This document shows, piece by piece, positions 1 through 11,700 of a DNA stretch of 54,440 nt. Every line of letters begins with the position of its first letter. The first letter of the stretch is position 1. Source of the DNA: Octopus bimaculoides (Eukaryota); NCBI RefSeq assembly GCF_001194135.2, contig NC_068999.1:54442746-54497185 (forward strand), written 5' to 3'. The translations under genes and the position numbers were made by a program. The notes beneath the pieces were generated by a model. It was not told the origin of the DNA. It was given only the letters and a program-made list of their open reading frames with translations, and did no database searches.

Positions 1-236
1 TATATATATGTGTATATATATATATATGTGTATATATATATATATATATATGTGTATATATATATATATGTGTATATATATATATATATATATGTGTATA
101 TATATATATATATATATGTGTATATATATATATGTGTATATATATATATATATATATGTGTATATATATATGTGTATATATATATATATATATGTGTATA
201 TATATATGTGTATATATATGCGTATATATATATATA
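1..236. repeat. Compound (TA)n/(TATG)n microsatellite
   Basis: TA runs interrupted by TG; the ORFs 8..340 and 10..237 are artefacts of it. Confidence 0.97.
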
Positions 237-1044
237 AAATATATGTAATACACACATATATGGAGAAATCTCTTTTATTCTTTTTAATGAAATATTGCTA
301 TTTAGATTTTCTTTTGAATTTTGCTGATTCTAAAAGCTGATAGTTTTCACTACAAATTTAAATTAAATGAATCGGTGATAAACCTTTTGTGTTTAAAGAC
401 TGTATCGTAATTTGTATAAATAAAGAAATTTTTATATTTGAAAGTGTCATTCAGTATTGCTGGCCAGAAATCTTCAGCTGCAGAATTATATGTGATCTCT
501 TCAGGTCACTAAAAACACATTTTCACCCCCCAACAACATTTTATGTTTTTTTAACTTTAAATTTCTCTTGTAACTATTATGTCTGTGAGTCTAATTTAAT
601 AAAATCTCTATAACTAGCATTTGAACTGATGTTGGGCAATGAACATTATGATTTTTTTATCTTTTATTAATAATTTTATTTTTAAACTATTAAAAAGGTA
701 ACTACTGATTGTCAGTTCTGTTTTCCCTTTATTGGTGTGTGTTGAAGGAGTAGGGGTCACATCTTGTAATAAATGTTTTAATGTCTTTAGAGGTGATTAT
801 TTTGCCAACAATGAACAAGTTGCAAATATGACTCTAAAGGATTTTTTATTATTTAAATACATGTGTATTTCTTGTAGAAGAGATACATGGCTGTTCACAG
901 CGGTGGGCACTGTTAATCGAAAAGTTAACTTCATTAATCTGTTAACATTAACTTTTATTGAAAAAAGGTATATCTACATGCTATTGTTTTTAGCTTTATC
1001 CATTTTGAGTTCCACAGTCAATATATATATTATCATCATCATTC

Positions 1045-1260
1045 TTTAACATGCATTTTCCATGCTGGCATGGGTTGGATGGTGTAGCCAGAGCTGGCAA
1101 GTCGGAGAGCTGCACCACGTTCCAGTCTGGTTTGGTTTGGTTTCTATGGCTGGATGCCCTCGCTTTACAGTGTGTGTGCAGGGTGCATTTACGTGCCACT
1201 GGCATAGGAGCCTTGCATGTGATGCTGGCACGAGTGCTTTTTACATGGCACCAACACAGA
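1045..1260 (-). mobile_element. SINE-like interspersed repeat (ggatgccct / gtaaaaagcac family)
   Basis: Same sequence family recurs at about 17620-17790, 21830-22100, 50130-50530 and 53560-53770. Confidence 0.7.
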
Positions 1261-1344
1261 ACTTTAGCAAGCCAATCCTCTTCACCAAGGGGAGCAGCTT
1301 CAACACTTCTATCGATAACTGACTCCTAGCTGATCTCTTAGTTT

Positions 1345-1770
1345 AGATCTTCCTTGTTTGCGTGAGCTTGGTATCCGATGACAGCAAAGTCTGTGTTCTC
1401 AGCAATGAGAGTGCATGTGACTCCACAGTCCAAAGCTGGAAGCAGATACATGTCACAGTGATAGTCTGTTGACTGGGTTGAAGTGGATGCTGCCCTGTGA
1501 CATCCATCTCTTTCAGCTTTGAGACTCTGTCATTGGTCCTCTTTGAAGACAGCTGCCGCTCTGTCTGTGGCAGAGGCTTCAAGTTAGCAAGGTCTAATGC
1601 TACTCCATTTGAAGTTACTTTTCAGAGTGCCTTTGTACCTCAGTTTAGATCTTGTTTGCATGAGCTCACTGTACAACAGCTGTCTGGGTACATGGTTGTC
1701 AGTCATTCTGATGACATGGCTAATCCAGTATTACTGGGCCTTCAGCAACATTGACTCAATGCTTGTTGAA
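1345..1770 (-). mobile_element. RTE-clade LINE, 3' end of ORF2, degenerate
   Basis: Minus frame reads SIESMLLKAQ*YWISHVIRMTDNHVPRQLLYSEL...KLRYKGTLKSNFKW, the typical RTE C-terminal W.GHV.RM...P.QLLY.EL motif, with stops. Confidence 0.85.
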
Positions 1771-2599
1771 CACTACATATACACAATAACAAGCGAGAGA
1801 CAACAAAGAAATTTTTGAACATGCACAAGTCTCATCCCTTTGTCAGTTGTCGGCTGACCCCACATATACAGATCACCATTTGTATGTCTCAATAGTCTTG
1901 CTCAAATAGTTTGGGGAATAACACTCGCACAGAACACAAGTTATAAATGTACTTTGGCTTTTAATGTTAAGAATTATCTAAGAGCAAGGTTTAGATGTAG
2001 CCACAGTCATGTGGTTAAGTTTACTTTGGAATTATGGGTTAATTCCCACTGTTTGGGAATGGAACCATAGTTCATTGGTTGGCTGACCAATACCTTGTAA
2101 GTGAAAATTAGTAGCTGACATTAAGAAACCCATCATGTGTGTGCTTGTGTTTTCTACTTCTCTTGATATTTGCATGCTGATTGAATACAAAGTCACCATT
2201 CATACAAATGGTGTCATTTGTTAACAATCTTTCACAAAAACATGCTTGGACATTGAGTTGTATATTACTCAAAGGACTATGAAAAAAAGCAATATGTTTC
2301 AAGACAACAAAATGTTGGCAACAGGAAGAGCATTCAACTGTTCAGTCTGACCCATACAAGAATGAAAAAGTGAACTTTGAAATGAAGATAGGATATATAT
2401 ATTTATATAGGTGCACAGTACCAAAATTCATGTATGTATAATATATATATACATATATTTGTTTTGCAAGATTTTTGATGTGAAATCGTGTGTTGAAACA
2501 GAGGTTGTTGTACTTGGGGACGGTCATATTGCCAGTTTAGCCAATAAAAACACATGCACTGTATATTTGGTGTTAATTTGCTTCAGCTTTATATTACAT

Positions 2600-3330
2600 T
2601 AATCCTATTTCGACCATGGCTTCTATGTGAGAACCCCTGAAACTGCCTCCTCACAAGAGTTTGAGGCTTCAATGGGCCCAAAAGTACACAATGTTAGACA
2701 CGAGTTGTGTTCTGTCCACTGACAAAACTAGGGCAACCCTGATGGTTGAGCAAATGGTTGGGTCTATTTTGGAGATGAGCAATCACCAACATTTACGACA
2801 TCAATAACAGGTTGGTATCATTAGGGACAGACTTGTGTGGCCCAGTCAGGGTACCTAAAGAGGTTAAAGTGACTGCAGCTGCCTACAGCAATCTCCTGAA
2901 GGAGGCCTTGGATCTCTGGCTAGATGACATACTGCTGTCACTTCTAAGGAATCTCGTATTCATGCATGACAACACTCCCTCCCACTCTGCTATGACCACC
3001 CAAATATTCCTAGGGTCTTCTCGCATACAACGTGAAATGTTGATGGTGTGGCCGCTAGCATCTCCAGATTTCAACTCTATCGAAAATCTTTGGTCCATCA
3101 TTAAACAAGATGTTTAAGCTGACGGACACCAATTTATGTCAAAAGATGTCTTATGGGTGACCATCAAAGCTGCAGCAGAGGTAGTCCAATCTACAACTAT
3201 TAAGAAATCGACAGATTCTGTGACTGATAGGGTTTTTGAAGTTATCTGTTGAAATGGCATTCGTTATGTCAATAATGAATGCCATTTCATCTTACTGTTA
3301 GTGAAAATAAAAGAATTTCTGGAATAAGAA
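2600..3330 (+). mobile_element. Tc1-like transposase fossil
   Basis: FMHDNTPSH...WPLASPDFNSIENLWSIIKQ matches the Tc1 QDNAP.H / WP..SPDLNPIENLW catalytic motifs; frameshifts and stops present. Confidence 0.88.
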
Positions 3331-3489
3331 GTACATGTAAATTTTTCAATGTTTTGTAAATAATATTGATATAAGTTTGTAAATGTAGTATCATTGGCTT
3401 TGATTAAATTTTTATAACTATAATTCAACTCTCTAGTGGAAAAAAAAAAATTCTCATTTTTGAAGGCACAAATGCCTACATGCTCTATC

Positions 3490-3641
3490 ACTGTGATGTC
3501 TTAGCTTTGAGATTTTGATTAAGTGATTGTTTATTTTTAGAATGACATTATAGGGTAGGTGTGAGAGACCAGATCTAGCCAGTTAGAACATAAAACAGAT
3601 AGAATATTTGGGCCTGATGTGGTCAATTTAGAGCTAAAGGG
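3490..3641 (+). mobile_element. piggyBac-type MITE (partial)
   Basis: Ends gctaaaggg-TTAA; internal sequence matches the 13411-13624 copy. Confidence 0.7.
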
Positions 3642-6599
3642 TTAAACAAAATGTGTGAGGTCTCTGATAGTTCATGGTTTTGACCGGATACACTGTTCTC
3701 TATAATTAATAAATCGCTAGTCACTTTTTACTAGTTTAATAAATATTGATATAAAAGCAAATAAGAACCAAAGTACTGTGGTTGATATAATAACCAACTA
3801 CGGAACTCTTGTGGGTATTACACTTGTCCAAAGACTGAAACAAGAAAAAGAATTAAAAAATATATCTATTCCTTATGAGACATCAAAAATGAATGAGCAG
3901 AATTGTTTATAGCATGTCTGACAAAATGTCCTGCAGTATTTCTGCCAGCTCTTTACTCATGTTCAAATACCACCAGGCTTAACTCTGCTTCTTATCTTCA
4001 AGGGTTGATATAATCGACCACACATTCACCTCTACCCTCAAAATAGCTGGCCTTGAGCATAAAAATTTGAAGCAATAATAACGGAGACCTAGCTTGAATG
4101 CTTGCAATAGAGTGGACTCTGCTGAAAACATATGCACGATGTTCAACCAAGTTATCAATCAGTAGGTTAGTTAGCCATACACTAGAGAAACCGGGAAACT
4201 GGATATCCCCAATCAGAATTTAAAATTTTTTATCAACTCTTGATTTCATTTCCAGAAATGACTTCCAACCTGCTCCCTTCTAAAATAGATTTGAAAAAAG
4301 AATTAAAATACCTAAAATTACCAAGATTAAGACCTGTTAGCCCTCATTTTATATCCAGCTGTGTAATGTAACAACTGTTGATTCCATATCCAGATCTATT
4401 GACCTTTATATCTGTATGCAATAACGGTCTGTTGACTGCCTTTACATTAAAGTATAAGACTAAGATCTTTTCATCCTCATTTTATTATCAGCTGTATTAT
4501 ATAGCAAGTTCTAAGAATGTTCACTATATATCTAAAGGAATTGTAACAAGATCCGTTAACTCTAAAATAACAAGATCTGTTAGCTATTACTTTAATATTA
4601 GTAGTATCATGTAACAAAATCTGTTAACCTTTACTTGAACACTGTGTTTTATAATGTTAAAATGTTGAACTTCTCTTTATCTAGATACAACAAGTCTGTC
4701 GAGTCACTTGCATTCTTAATTCAGCCAAGCTTAAAATTAAAATTTAACCTGATGCAGTTTACGGTGGGAAGAGTTAATAAAAATTTTTAAAAATAATAAT
4801 AAAGCTTGTAAAATACCAATATCTTTAATTGCTAAATCGTAAGGCAAACTCCGACGGCTCCTTCTGTGTTGCTTCACAAACTTCATTTAAAATGTGAATA
4901 CAGTTCAGAACAGAAAACAATGGCTGGATTTGTAAGTAGGTGTGAACTCTGATGAAGACATTGTTTCCTAAATAGTAAACTCAACAAAAACGTAAAAAAC
5001 TAATACATTTCTGGGAAAACTATTTTAGTCGAAGACATATATCGACGCTGTCTCACCTCATTTTCAGCACTAGAATGAACAGATCGCTGATCAAAAGCGT
5101 TTCAGCATTGACTATACCGTCTTCTTCTCTCCTTCTGAGGCATGGTTTCAAGACTAATGTATTTTCTTTCAGATTGTTTTTAGTGAAAACTGGTCGCTAT
5201 TTCTAATAGATCAACATGTTGCTACTTAAAATGAGGAAGTCGTAGAAAACAGCGAGTTCATGTTACAGATCGAACAGACACATTCAATGGTTGATTTTGA
5301 TATATATATACAAACACTTTAGACAACCGACCGCTTACTGATGTGTCTTTCGAAAGGGATTTTTCTCATCAAAATGTAACTTCCTTTTTACGTCACACAT
5401 TCTACTTCAAAATCTTGGAACAATAAAGTTCAGACCACTTTCAATTAGCAACCAAACCAAGATTTTTTTCATTTATTTTTTGCTCATTTAAGTTCTTCCG
5501 TTGAATTTCAGGTTAATTAATTTATATTCTTAGATAAAAGAAACTGACACCAGAGATGACTCGTTTAGTTGTAGCCACCAAGTTTCCATGCGCTTTCAAT
5601 ATTAATGTGTCCAACTTACAACACGTGTAAAAATGATTCGGTAATGAAATAAATCCATTGTTCGTTTATTCATTTAGAGGCAGATTCAATTTCTTGATTA
5701 AATAAAATATAGTAAATTTAAATTAATACGACACCATACTTTTCTACACTGTAGAGTAGTAGCAAAGTACAAGAACTTTTTCCATTGTTTGGTTTCTAAG
5801 TCTGAATAACTGTTCTGATTTTAATTAATTACCCTTAAACACTATTCTAGTACAATACTGGACACTATAATTAAGTGGTTGTAATTACAATACATATTAA
5901 AAAAAACAGAGAAAAGCGCCTACTCAAAGAGACAGACATATCTATATAGGACTCTTTCGTTAATTGTGAGAATTATCAGGGCAAATGAGTGACAGCAGAA
6001 AGAAGAAGAAAAGCGAGAAAAAAAAAAACGATGAAAATGAATGAGGGAACAATTCGTTGTTTGCCAGACAGGTTTATTGATACTAATACCACTTTAGACA
6101 ATTTTGAAGTAGCATACATACCAAATTTCACTGGCTTTAAATGTCCTCCTCTAACACCAGAATATAGGAAATAAATTAAATGGATATAACAAAAAAAGAA
6201 AAAAAATATCGAGGAGTTTGGAATAAAAAAAAAATATTTGGCGTGAAATGTTAGTGGATATGGCTGAAGACAAAAATTGTAGGAAGAAATGAGAGTAGTT
6301 AGCTAATGATGTAGAAGCGAATACGGATGAATGTACGTACGTACGTATATATATGTGTGTGTGTGTATATATGTATATATATATATACATGTATGTAAAG
6401 AAGAATGAGCGGCAATGTAAGAGTGGACGTTTGTGAAGGGGAAGCAGCTGTAGTAACTGATGGCAGAAAGATGAAAGAGGATGAGAATAATAATACAGAG
6501 TTGAGGAAAGAGTGAAAAAAAGAGGGAGGAAAAGGCTTAAATAATGCTGTTTAGTTTATGACGTTAATATCTTCTATAATTAGACGAAAGTGCGTAGAT

Positions 6600-6954
6600 A
6601 TTCATTGCGCAGGTCGAGTGAACCACCTATTGCGCATGCGTAATGGCGTCATAATGAAAATTAAAGCTAGCAATTTTGTTTTCCTAACTTGATTTCTAGA
6701 AAATATATTTATTAATTTCAAACTAATTATTTCGATAATTACATTCGTTGCAATAACTTTTAATTATTCTATATTTTTACAAATTTTTCTAGTTTATTTT
6801 TAACTGTCATAATCAAGGTTCTAAAAAATCTCAATCATCGGCTTATTTAATATACGAAAGCTGCGGCTTCGAACTAGAATAGAACTCTGTTCTAATCCAC
6901 GTGTGGCAAGTCAAGAAGGCTACCAGCGGGTCCTTTATACTCGAAGTTGATAAT
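6600..6954 (+). promoter_or_regulatory. eIF4A core promoter and 5' UTR region
   Basis: NRF1-like TGCGCATGCGTA (6631-6642), adjacent YY1-like AATGGCG, E-box CACGTG at about 6898, locally CpG-rich, directly upstream of ATG-GG|GTAAGT. Confidence 0.6.
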
Positions 6955-6959
6955 ATGGG
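6955..6959 (+). CDS. EIF4A: eIF4A coding exon 1 (ATG GG)
   Basis: Perfect GTAAGT donor at 6960; splicing to 8691 gives in-frame M-G-S-M-D-E-N. Confidence 0.7.
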
Positions 6960-8690
6960 GTAAGTATGGTACATTCCGGTATATTTTAATCATTTTTAAT
7001 ATCTTAAGAACTCCAATAACGACGTTTAATAACATTTAATTAGTGTTGTAACAGTGAAATGCTAGTGGATATGGCTTTTTGTTCGCCCCATCTTCATCTT
7101 CTGATTCGGTGTAGTCGGAGTGTCTGCTTCCACTCAGGTTTTGCTATGGCCGCCATCTCACTCCAACTCCATCTCCATCTCTCCAACAACTCACTACGCC
7201 TGCTTTCAACCATTCCGCAACCCGGAGAGCTTATATTAACTCATAGACACATATATTACTTTAATCAATTGTTGGGCATTGTATACTTGTTTAAACCTCA
7301 TTAAGAACATTGGGAAAGAAAATAGATCGAAATTAAGAATCATTTTAGTATTTTTCTATTGTTAGTTTTGCATACGAAAATAAATGAACTATGAAAAGTC
7401 TGGTGCTTTTTTTTTCCATTTCCAATTTTTCTTTCTTTTTCTATTTGTCTCGTCTTTACAATGCCCTTTGCTATTTTTTTTTTCACGAAAAAATATTTGT
7501 TGATTCATTTGAGAGAAAAAAACTATTTCTGGCGAGTTATATATGTGTGTGTAGTTTTTTCTTCCTGTCGTGATGGAAGGTGTCTCTATGTCTCTGAGGA
7601 AGAAAGGAATTACAAGAGCATATGTAATGCCAGCTCTTCATCATCATCATCTCTCTGACATGGATGGCCGACCGGTTTTTTTTCTCTTTCCCCATAATGG
7701 ACATCCATATCGTATAACTTTCTGCCGATTAATATATTATATAATAATTTCCTCTGTCGCCTTCCCTCGTACTTTATATTGGGATATGGGTATTTTAATT
7801 TTTTTGTTTTCGCTGTCTTAACCGGGGAAAATTTATTCGGTGTGTAATATACATATCGATGTCTATATTATGTATGCGTAGCACCGATGTGTGTCTATAG
7901 CTTAGCTGTGTATATATATACATTTCTGTCTTTACGCAATAAAATCTACAAGAAGTTTACTACACTCTTATCCAATGTGTAGTATGTTCTAACTATGGTT
8001 ACAGATGGCGGATTGTCTTCAACAAGGAGTGCCGTGAGAGAGGGAGGGTGACACTGTATTCCTAACATGGCAGGAAGAATGTGGGCGAAGATATTTGAAC
8101 AATGTTATTTTTTGTGTATGTTTTAGAAGCCATATCGACAATTTTTATAGTTAATGTCTTCGAACGAGCCGCCGAGGGAATCCTTCACTTGTTTAACACA
8201 TTAAATTTGTTTCCTGGTGCTTTAACGCGTTAAAATGCCGCTGGAGTCTGACTTTGCTGCCTTCGATTTTCCCGTGAAGGCAGAGAGTGTTGGACAAAAA
8301 TACTAGTAATTTACTGAGGTAAAGCTCATCTCTACAATACTGACAGTGTTTCCTTACAATGTAGATGATTCAAATGCAAACTTCGGTGTTGTTTGATAAT
8401 GGACATCGGTGTTTGAAATAAACTTCCATTATCTCGTTCCTTTTTGAAACCCCGCACCAATTTAAAGCATGTGAATAGATGTTAGAATTTTCTCTCCCCC
8501 CCCTCTATCCTTTGTGTTATGTACTGAGTGTTTCCCATTTTAATATATTAAAAAAAAAATGAAAGTAAATATATTTCATTCAGTAGACAACTGTTTGGAA
8601 CTTTTCAAACTCATTACACATGCATGCGTGCGTGAGAGTGATGGGCAGTGACATCCATAGTATTTCGATGTTCCTTTTTGTATTTTTCAG

Positions 8691-8751
8691 GTCAATGGAT
8701 GAAAATCTACAACAATCCGATAGTCGCGGCGCGAGTTGTGATCTAATAGAG
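8691..8751 (+). CDS. EIF4A: eIF4A exon 2 (SMDENLQQSDSRGASCDLIE)
   Basis: tttttcag acceptor and gtatgt donor; DLIE|SNW reconstructs the conserved GVIESNW. A second in-frame ATG lies at 8695. Confidence 0.88.
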
Positions 8752-11700
8752 GTATGTGTAACTTAAAACCGAAATTCTGGAGTTTCTTGACGTCTAGCAA
8801 TTTATTTATTTCATAAAGTTTTACTACTAATTAAGAAAAAAATCATTTGAAGGGCACGTTTTTAACAGCCTGTTGTGATTGTCTTTAAAGAATTCTCAAA
8901 TCACGTTTGTTTGTAATGGATTTGAAATTTTCGCTTTCCTTTCCCTAACCTTGTTTAGCTCCAGTCGAGCAGATGTTATCGAAGGCGTCCCTCTCATAAT
9001 CATTCAATATTATTTATAAAGGGCTGTCTTTTTTTTTTTAAAGATGATAGGATGCTACCCGGGCGGGGTTGCTATTTCAGTGCTACTTAAATACAGAGGT
9101 CCCGATGCATCTATGTAACGATATGAAGGGAGGGTTAATTTTAGGATTGGTTAGGGTTAAGGTGTCATTACACGTCCGCACATTTAAAATGTTTTGTACG
9201 TAACACTTGTATTTAAGTAGTACCACTAGTTCTACCAGTTCGAGCGCGTCTTCGATGATCTGTTATAGCACAAGTGATAGTAATTTTGTGGCTTGCTTTA
9301 GTGGCAACTCGCACCGTTTTCGGTCCCTTCTGGATTAAATTTGCACTGTACTTGGCTCTTCTCAGAAACTTTGGTTGTAAATCTGTGGTGCTAATTAGTG
9401 ATCAAATAGACCCGATTTTAAACTTAATTCAGCCAAAGCTACTGTCCCTTTTAAAAAGAATATGACCTGCTTAGTAAAACAGTTTTTAAAAGGAGTAGTG
9501 TTCATACTTGATCATACATACATAGATTTGTTGTGGGGTGGGCAGTACCTGAGGCTTTTGTTGACTCTCTTAGACTAATACGGTTAAAACCTGGACTTGA
9601 ACATCTGTATGAAAAATTTGGGCAGAGAAGTATTCAGGGTCTGGACTAATGCTGTTAACACTGAACTCTGCTAAAGATGTTCAAAGACCAAGTGAGTTTA
9701 TTAAAACTACCATGTAGTATTAGATGTTAATAATGATGCACTCTTCATTATTTTTATTGTGAAGTTTGAATGGTTTCTGCTTTACTGTTCATTTTGTTTA
9801 ATGTGGTCTGTCAATCTCTGTTCGTTGGCCCTCACAAGCTACATTGCACTACTTACAAAACCATCCTGAAATAAGGTATAGCCATTCTTGGAGCACTCAT
9901 AATTGCAGATCAAATCCGATACATATGTTTGTGAACTAAATATTACTCTTTTTTTTTTTTCTGAGTTAAATGTGTGACCATACTAGGGTTCACGTGATTG
10001 AAAGCTAGTTATGTCTAATGTCCAAGCTAAGTAATGTGTAATGAAGAGTTAGTTTTTTTTAATTTAATTTTTTACAATAATAAATACCTTATATTCTTAT
10101 AAGTATGCTTACATTGAAGATTGTACTGCTCAATGTCTAAGTAGAGCAAAATTTCTTACATAAGTGTCGATACAAAGTAATCAGAAAATAAAATTGACAA
10201 TAATAAAACACTTATTTGTTTTTATCTGACAGAAAAAAATGTTATAAATACATAGCACACATACAGTACCAACATGATTTGCTCCACAGAATTGCAGAGG
10301 AAATATGGACTGAATGGTTTCTTTTTTCACTTCCTGAACATTTAAAATGCTGTCTTAGCTTAAGGTTCTGATTTCCAAAAGGCTTTTTTTAATTTGAAAT
10401 TTAATCAGATCCTAAATATTTTGTTCTAAACATAAATATCAAAATTTGTTTTTCAAATACATGTTACAGGAGCTTTAAAAATCCATAGTGATAAAACACT
10501 TTTTTATTTATTTTTTTTGTGGCAGCATTGCCTATCTATGCCCCCACTATACAGGCTCAAGAGTAAAACTGAGTGTGTCATACATATATAAAAAAAAAAT
10601 GGTTGTGAAAATCACAAACATCACAAGTGCTCTTGTATGACTTACACCAGTAAAGTTGAAAGCTTGCTCTCAAATCGTTTAACATGCATGAAAGTTTTCT
10701 TTTCTTTTTTTTTTTTTGTTGTATTTTCTAAGTTTTCTATGTATTTTTTTTTTCAGCAATTGTAAATCTAACTAAACACTTCATAATACTAAGGAAAATA
10801 TGCTGTGTATTATACTTAAAACATTTTTCCTTGGTATTTTCAATGCCCATAATTTGTGGTGCTTATTGTATATAGATAAGTATAGTAACTGGCTTTGGTT
10901 ATGTGACTGGTATATTGAGCAAGGCTTATCGAACAGAATTTCAGTCACTGCAAATCCCTGTCTAGGTGGTTGATCCCAGGATTGAAAGACCAGCAGGGTC
11001 CCTTGGTGAGTGAATAGTGAATGAAAGTTGACCATTTCCAGTTGTTGGGTTCATAAGAATTTGCAATTTCACTGAAGCCTCAAACCAAGAGAAAGAAAGC
11101 AAGCAAAGACTTGTGTTACCATTCACAAAAAAGATCTTTTTACAATTGCGAATTTTTAAGTACCTCAGTTAAAATTAGTTGCCAGATGTTGGGAGTTCAG
11201 CCAGATTTTGCATACTGGCATTCACGAAGCAAAAGGAATGATGCAGCATTCTCATAGTCAACGTGGGCCCCACTGCAAGATCATGGTACTTGTGGGAGGA
11301 GGGAGATGCTGCAGTGTTATCTCATCTTTGACATGGACTCCTTGCAAAGGTCTGCCTTTATAAGTAGCAATCCTGTTCTTAGCTCATAATAGTAATTAGT
11401 GCTTATAACATGTTGATGTTGAGCTGTAGGTAAGTTCATGTGGTATGAGCTTAGCTGGTAATAAATACAGCATCTCTGCATACAATGGTATGAAAGGCTA
11501 TTGGTTATGATGTGGTGGTGGTGGGGTGCTTTCTTTGTATTTAGAAGTGGTCAGTGCCTTATTTGGTGTGATGCCTGGTGTTGGCACTGTTCGTGTGTCT
11601 AATCCATAACAGTAGTGTGAATATCTTGTTGGCAGCATTGAATTAAGCACAATTGAAATGCTTTACAAAACAAGATTTATATTTAGCTTAATTTTTTTTT

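Noticed and set aside
8-340. 110-aa and 75-aa ORFs at the window start
   Set aside because: Translations of the TA/TG microsatellite.
7570-7660. C/D snoRNA-like layout (GTGATGG...CTGA...CTGA) in intron 1
   Set aside because: Non-canonical C box, poor terminal stem, a CAT microsatellite before box D and no recognisable rRNA/snRNA complement.
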